Below, one piece after another: positions 58,677 through 64,000 of a DNA stretch of 64,000 nucleotides. How positions within the stretch are numbered: position 1 is the first letter of the stretch; each line of letters begins with the position of its first letter. The stretch spans positions 192,001 through 256,000 of the forward strand of contig CAWCXJ010000006.1 in the NCBI GenBank assembly GCA_963799485.1, read 5' to 3'. The notes beneath the pieces were generated by a model. The model did not search any database. It had not been told where the DNA came from and saw only the letters and a list, made by a program, of their open reading frames with translations. The translations under genes and the position numbers were made by a program. The DNA comes from an uncultured Trueperaceae bacterium. GTDB taxonomy: Bacteria > Deinococcota > Deinococci > Deinococcales > Trueperaceae.

Positions 58677-59597
58677 ATGGAAAGCCAAATCGGAACATTA
58701 CGGGTAAAAACAGGCTTCGCCGAGATGTTTAAGGGCGGCGTCATCATGGACGTCGTAAATGCGGAGCAGGCGCGCATCGCTGAAGATGCGGGCGCAACTG
58801 CGGTGATGGCTTTGGAGCGCGTCCCCGCCGATATTCGCGCCCAGGGCGGCGTCGCCCGCATGAGCGATCCGAGCATGATCGAAGAAATTATCGCGGCGGT
58901 GTCGATTCCGGTGATGGCGAAGGTGCGGATCGGTCACTTCGTCGAGGCGCAGATTTTGCAGGCTTTAGGCGTCGACTTTATCGACGAGTCCGAAGTCTTG
59001 ACCCCCGCCGACGAAAACTTTCACGTCGATAAGCACGCCTTTACCGTACCTTTCGTCTGCGGGGCCAAAGATTTGGGCGAGGCGCTCCGGCGTATCGGCG
59101 AAGGCGCCACGATGATCCGCACGAAGGGCGAAGCCGGAACCGGCAACGTCGTCGAGGCGGTGCGGCACGCGCGCACCATCATGGGCGAAATCCGCCGTAT
59201 CAAGACCCTGCCCCGCGACGAGCTGATGAGCACCGCGCGCGACCTGCGCGCGCCTTATGAGCTGGTCCTATACATCCATGAACACGGCAAACTGCCGGTC
59301 GTGAACTTCGCGGCGGGCGGCGTCGCCACCCCCGCCGACGCTGCGCTGATGATGCAGCTCGGGATGGACGGCGTATTCGTCGGCTCGGGTATCTTCAAGG
59401 CCGGCGCGACCTTGACGAGCGCCGAGGAGCGCAACCACGCCCACGCGAGCCGCGCCCGCGCGATTGTCGAGGCCGTCACGCACTTTCAAGACCCCGATAT
59501 CCTGGCAAAAGTTTCGCGCAACCTGGGTGAACCGATGGTCGGGATCAACATCGACACCCTCGAGGAAAAAGAGCTGATGGCGGCAAGAGGCTGGTAG
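58677..59597 (+). CDS. pdxS: Pyridoxal 5'-phosphate synthase lyase subunit
   Basis: [46 protein letters not shown]. Confidence 0.97.
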   Translation: MESQIGTLRVKTGFAEMFKGGVIMDVVNAEQARIAEDAGATAVMALERVPADIRAQGGVARMSDPSMIEEIIAAVSIPVMAKVRIGHFVEAQILQALGVDFIDESEVLTPADENFHVDKHAFTVPFVCGAKDLGEALRRIGEGATMIRTKGEAGTGNVVEAVRHARTIMGEIRRIKTLPRDELMSTARDLRAPYELVLYIHEHGKLPVVNFAAGGVATPADAALMMQLGMDGVFVGSGIFKAGATLTSAEERNHAHASRARAIVEAVTHFQDPDILAKVSRNLGEPMVGINIDTLEEKELMAARGW

Positions 59598-59619
59598 GCC
59601 ACTCAGGTCAGCGCCGTAA

Positions 59620-59647
59620 AAGGCCGGGTTACGACTCGGCCTTCTTT
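59620..59647 (+). terminator. pdxS terminator
   Basis: AAGGCCGGGT-tacg-ACTCGGCCTT-CTTT. Confidence 0.75.
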
Positions 59648-59840
59648 GATTGGTCGGTTTTCGAATCGTAGCGGCGAAGGGGTTGCAACCCCTTGTTTTA
59701 GACCAACACATTACTTTAGGTACGGCCCGCCGCAGTACAAACGCCGTAATCTACCCTGTACGTCTCTGCTAAGCTTGATTTAACCGTCTGCTCACGCTTT
59801 ATGCTCGAGTAGATTTATACAGTAACCAGGGAGGCGTTTA

Positions 59841-60335
59841 ATGACGCAACATTTTTTGCAAAGGCAGTTCAGGTGGGTACGACTCGGTATCTTGGTCGGT
59901 GTCCTGGTCGGTTCCTGGAGCACCGGGTTCGCGCAGGACAACCCGGTGTCGGTACGTATCGAAGCGTACATCGTGTCGCAGGTGACAGCTGACGACGGCA
60001 GCGTAACCGAGCGTTTTAGCGAGTCGACGACGGCGCGGCCCGGTCAGGTAGTCGAATACCGCGTATTTGCCACGAACAACGATGTAACGACCCTACCTGC
60101 AGAGTCAGTTAGTGTTCTCGGGCCGGTTCCGGAGAGCTCGACTTACGTGCCTGATTCGGCAACCTCGACCTCGGAACGCGTCCGCACCGAGTTTTCACTC
60201 GACGGTGAAACTTTTAGTGCAGCGCCGGAAACGACCGAAGGCCCGACCGCGTACAGAGCCATCAAGTGGACGCTGCTAGTACCGCTCGAGCCCGGACAAG
60301 AAGAGCGTTTCGTCTACCGCGTCACCATCAACTAG
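59841..60335 (+). CDS. Secreted DUF11-like Ig-fold protein
   Basis: Signal peptide; ARPGQVVEYR...GPVPESSTYVPDSA...FSLDGETF...IKW...FVYRVTI. Confidence 0.7.
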   Translation: MTQHFLQRQFRWVRLGILVGVLVGSWSTGFAQDNPVSVRIEAYIVSQVTADDGSVTERFSESTTARPGQVVEYRVFATNNDVTTLPAESVSVLGPVPESSTYVPDSATSTSERVRTEFSLDGETFSAAPETTEGPTAYRAIKWTLLVPLEPGQEERFVYRVTIN

Positions 60336-60437
60336 CCGACCGAAAATTACCGTAAAGCGTTTGAGGTAAACCCTTACCGTAAAACCTTGTGCAGCGCAGG
60401 CCGGGGAAACCCGGCTTTTTCGTGCTACCTTAGCAGG

Positions 60438-60662
60438 GTGAAGCCAACCGCGTTGTCCTCGGCCCAACAGCTCTACGCCGCGCTGATGAGCGCGCTCGCC
60501 GCCGCGCTTTTGGTGCTCTTTTTAATCTGCGAAATCGAGGGCGTCATTACGCTTTTTCTCTACGAAGACCTCGCCGGACTCGGACGGATGGTTATCGGTT
60601 TGCTACTCTACTTCGGCGGCCAGCTGGCGCTCACCGAGCGTGAAGCGGTGCTTACGCGCTAG
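60438..60662 (+). CDS. Small two-TM membrane protein
   Basis: TACCTT -10 is 6 nt before the GTG; two hydrophobic segments. Confidence 0.5.
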   Translation: MKPTALSSAQQLYAALMSALAAALLVLFLICEIEGVITLFLYEDLAGLGRMVIGLLLYFGGQLALTEREAVLTR

Positions 60663-61446
60663 GCGATGTTTTGGGCGTGCGGGCGTGTTGCACGAGCCTG
60701 ACGGTTAGGTAAACAGCGGCGGCAACAGCTCCTAAAACGAGGAGCGCCTCATTGCCCCACTGCCGCACCGCAATCCCGAAAAAAGCCCAGACGAGAACGA
60801 GGACGAAGGCCACGTCGCCGCGTCTGCGCAGCACCAGCAGGCCGATAGCGGTTGCAGCGAGAACAGCGACAAACGCCCAGAAGGGCGCGCCCCAGCCGCT
60901 CCGGACGCCGAACCCGAGCAGCGTCACCGTGACGTTGGCCACGGTCGCTACCGTAATCCAGCCGAGGTAAACGCTAAAGGGGAGCCGCACTGCAAGGGTT
61001 TCGCCGCGCGTCACCTCGTTTTTACCGATCTCCAAGCGTTCGTAAAGCAAAATCAAAGTCCCCAAAAGCCCGAGCATTAAGAGCAGCGACAGTGGAATCA
61101 GGAGAAAGTGCCACGCAAAAAGCCACGCGATGTTAAAGGCGCAGCTCAGCACGAAGAGATAACCGAGCTGCTCGAGCCTAGGGTTGTCCCGCTGTCCCGG
61201 CAGCGCCTGATACACGACAAAAACGCCGAGCAGCAGGTAGATCAGTATCCAGATGGCAAAAACGTAACCGGCGGGGGTAAAAAGACTTGGAAACGAATCC
61301 GAAATCGCGCCGGTCGTCAGGCCGTTTAAGGGCAAGGTGTTGGCCAACGCGTTGACCAAAACGACCAACACGAACGCTGCAATGTTAAGAACAGGGCGCA
61401 AACCCAGACTGCGTTTAGCGGCGGGTGTGACGGTTACGGTAGACAT
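60652..61446 (-). CDS. Tryptophan-rich sensory (TspO-like) membrane protein
   Basis: NALANTLPLNG.TTG.ISD, FTPAGYVFAIW, PFSVYLGWITVATVAN. Confidence 0.8.
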   Translation of the reverse strand: MSTVTVTPAAKRSLGLRPVLNIAAFVLVVLVNALANTLPLNGLTTGAISDSFPSLFTPAGYVFAIWILIYLLLGVFVVYQALPGQRDNPRLEQLGYLFVLSCAFNIAWLFAWHFLLIPLSLLLMLGLLGTLILLYERLEIGKNEVTRGETLAVRLPFSVYLGWITVATVANVTVTLLGFGVRSGWGAPFWAFVAVLAATAIGLLVLRRRGDVAFVLVLVWAFFGIAVRQWGNEALLVLGAVAAAVYLTVRLVQHARTPKTSPSA

Positions 61447-61614
61447 AAGCCCTCCAGTGGCGTGCGTAGTGTTGGCACAGCATACCGCTCGAGCCGCCGG
61501 TGTTCAGAGTCCGTGTCTACACAGTACGCCTCAAACCGTAGGCGCTATATCGTTTGTCCAGTCGCCGCCAGCAAAAGCTCTCCGAAGGGAGCCCAAAGTA
61601 AACGTAGCAAACGC

Positions 61615-64000
61615 CTAGGCTTGACCTTTGCCCAGTGCCGGCGAACGGGTCGAGGGGCGCGGGGCGCGTTCGCCGGCACTGGCCCCGTCTTCCAGCCTGT
61701 CTTCTTCGGCTTGCGCGGCTTCACGTTCGTAGCGTTTATGTTCAAACTGAAAAAATGCCGCCGGCACGACGTAAAAGGTCAACAGCGCCGAGGTCAACAC
61801 GCCGCCCAAAATGACCAGTCCAAGTGGATAGCGAAACTCGCTGCCTTCGCCGAGGCCCAAGAGCAGCGGCAAGCTGATGACGACCACGGTCGAGGTCGTC
61901 ATCAGGATAGGGCGAAAACGCACCTTGGCCGCAGTAAGCAGCGCGTCCCGGAGCGCGGCCCCGTTTTTCGTTTCGGCGAGCGTCACGTCGAGCAGCAAAA
62001 TCGCGTTTTTCGTCACCAGGCCGATGAGCATCACCACGCCCAAAATACTGATGATGTCGAGCGACGTGCCCGTAAAGTAGAAGAGCCAGACGGCCCCGAC
62101 GAGTGCGAGCGGTACCGTCAGCAGGAGGTATAAGGGATATTTGAACGAGTTGAACTGACTACCGATAGCGAGGTAGTTGAGCAGTAGCGCAAGGGCGAAC
62201 GCGATGGGCCCGTAAAAGAGCAGGTCGCCCAAGAGGTCGAAGTTGACCCCTTGAATCTTCGTCACGCGGTTGTCCAGCACGCCGGCGCTTTGCAAACGGG
62301 CGTCGACCGCTTCTGTCACCTGCGAGAGACTACTCCCCGGCGTCAACTCGGCGCTCAAGGTAGCACTATAGGTCTGGTCGGCGCGGCTGATACTCGCGGG
62401 TGTAGCGTTCGTTTGAAAACTGCCCAAGACCGCGAGCGGCAAGCTGCTGCCGAGTGCCGGGGCCTGGATAGGCAGACCCAGAAGACTCTGTTCATCGCGG
62501 ATAAGGCGCGGGTTGGCGCGTACCCGAATCGGCGTTTCGTCACCGCCTTGCCGCAAGCGGCCCGCCTCGCTGCCGACGTTGTAGGCCGACAGCGTATTAA
62601 AGACGTCGCTGTTTGTTAAGCCGGTGCCGTCGAGCTGTGCGGGGTCGACGACGAAAACGCGTTCGTCGGTGGTGTTCGATAAGTCTGATGTTACGTTACG
62701 CAGACCCGGCGTATTTTCCAGCACCGTCTGCGCCGTCTCGCTCCGCTGCCGCAACAAATCCAGGTCGGTCGATCCGAGCGACAAGGTGTAGCCGCTGCTG
62801 CCGGGCGGCCCGGAGCCCTCGTTGCTGAGGTTGAGTTCGGCTTCGGGGTAGGGCTCGAGGACAGTATTAAGTTCTTTTTCGAGCGCCACAATCGAGGCGG
62901 TAGTATCGAGTTCGCGTTCGTCCTTGGGGACGAGCTGTACGCTGAGGCTCGCCTGTTCGGACGATGAACCGCCCAGCTCATTGCCGGAGCCTACCGTGAC
63001 CTGCACCGTTTCGACTTCAGGGTCGTTTAAGAGGCGGGTCTCGAGCGTTCCGGCAACCCGGTTCGTCTGCTCGAGGCTGGTGCCGGGGGGCAACGTCAAG
63101 GTTCCGCCGATTAGCCCCGAGTCGTCCGGTGGCTGAAAGTTAAAACCGATCTTGGGGAAGACCCAGAAGAGGCTGCCGAAGAGCAGCACCGAAAGACCCA
63201 GCACCACCCACGCGTGCGCCAACACGAAACGGAGCGAACGCACATAACCGCTTCTGGCGCCGTTGACCAGAAAGTCGCCGGCACGGTAAAACCCGAGTGC
63301 CAGCACGCCGAGGACGTAAAGGACAAGCCGCCCGAGGTAGCGCAGCAAGAAGAGCGCCGGGGGTATCACCAAAAGCCACAAAAGCATGAGCGGTTGTTGT
63401 GGCGCAATCCGGAAGTAAAGCGCCGCACCTGCGCCGAGCACAAGCAGCCAAAACCACACCCGGCGAAAACTGCGGACACCCCAGCGCGCGTCGGTTCCGA
63501 GTTTGCGGGCCGCGCCGCCGAGTTCGCGGGGGCCGGGCGGGAGCGGGTCGGGGGAGAGGGCCAAGCGGACGGTTAAAAAGAACATCGCCTCGAGGTACGA
63601 AAATGTTATGGCCGCTGCCATGGTGACGCCGAACTGCTGGAAAAACTGTCCGATCACACCCGGCAGAAGCGAAATCGGGATAAACACCGCAAGCAGCGAA
63701 AGCGTCGCGGCGAGCACCGCCGTACTGACCTCACCCGCGCCTTTAATTACCGAGTCGCGCCGCGACATCCCCTGTTCGCGGTAACGGTCGATATTTTCGG
63801 CGACGACGATCGCGTCGTCGACGACCAGCCCGATAGCGACGGTGATCGCCAGCAGGGTGATGATATTAAAGGTAAAGCCGAAGAAGTTGATGATAATGAG
63901 CGCACCGGCAATCGACACCGGAATCGCCAGCACGACCGCCAAAACCGAACCCAACCGCCCGGTAAAGAGCAGCACGATAAACGACACGGCAAAGGCCGCC
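61615..64000 (-). CDS. RND (AcrB-family) efflux permease, 5' part outside the window
   Basis: AIGLVVDDAIVVAENI, IGLVTKNAILL, RFRPILMT, LGGVLTS. Confidence 0.92.
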   Translation of the reverse strand, partial: AAFAVSFIVLLFTGRLGSVLAVVLAIPVSIAGALIIINFFGFTFNIITLLAITVAIGLVVDDAIVVAENIDRYREQGMSRRDSVIKGAGEVSTAVLAATLSLLAVFIPISLLPGVIGQFFQQFGVTMAAAITFSYLEAMFFLTVRLALSPDPLPPGPRELGGAARKLGTDARWGVRSFRRVWFWLLVLGAGAALYFRIAPQQPLMLLWLLVIPPALFLLRYLGRLVLYVLGVLALGFYRAGDFLVNGARSGYVRSLRFVLAHAWVVLGLSVLLFGSLFWVFPKIGFNFQPPDDSGLIGGTLTLPPGTSLEQTNRVAGTLETRLLNDPEVETVQVTVGSGNELGGSSSEQASLSVQLVPKDERELDTTASIVALEKELNTVLEPYPEAELNLSNEGSGPPGSSGYTLSLGSTDLDLLRQRSETAQTVLENTPGLRNVTSDLSNTTDERVFVVDPAQLDGTGLTNSDVFNTLSAYNVGSEAGRLRQGGDETPIRVRANPRLIRDEQSLLGLPIQAPALGSSLPLAVLGSFQTNATPASISRADQTYSATLSAELTPGSSLSQVTEAVDARLQSAGVLDNRVTKIQGVNFDLLGDLLFYGPIAFALALLLNYLAIGSQFNSFKYPLYLLLTVPLALVGAVWLFYFTGTSLDIISILGVVMLIGLVTKNAILLLDVTLAETKNGAALRDALLTAAKVRFRPILMTTSTVVVISLPLLLGLGEGSEFRYPLGLVILGGVLTSALLTFYVVPAAFFQFEHKRYEREAAQAEEDRLEDGASAGERAPRPSTRSPALGKGQA

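Overview
Chromosomal window of a ~60% GC Deinococcota bacterium, probably Truepera-like (inferred from LysK, archaeal-type non-discriminating AspRS, recF-DUF721, an SLH protein, pilMNO(W)Q-aroCKBQ synteny and leaderless -10 promoters). Most genes are housekeeping: hup, pta, ackA, lysK, truD, tRNA-Asp, dxs, gpmI, recF, aspS2, tdk, secA, glgP, rnr, sufCBD, aro, pil, pdxS and an RND pump. The best candidate for an undescribed system is a leaderless 15-aa leader peptide (MNPRRFDDDNWWYGA) with mutually exclusive antiterminator and terminator hairpins upstream of the non-discriminating AspRS gene, i.e. a probable Asp/Asn-sensing attenuator. Other notable items: (1) a 21-bp direct repeat of that leader's promoter and start bounds a 4.8-kb AraC/AKR/DMT island; (2) CTCGAG is roughly 6-7x over-represented, resembling a highly iterated palindrome; (3) a family of heptamer-built intergenic hairpins, one of which splits a Shine-Dalgarno from its start codon; (4) a RelE-type toxin-antitoxin pair plus HIT gene inserted inside the suf operon; (5) a low-GC mosaic segment in pilQ; (6) nested IS630/IS701 remnants; (7) two +1 frameshifts, one producing an apparent aroB-aroQ fusion. 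All counts, GC values and RNA pairings were done by eye.
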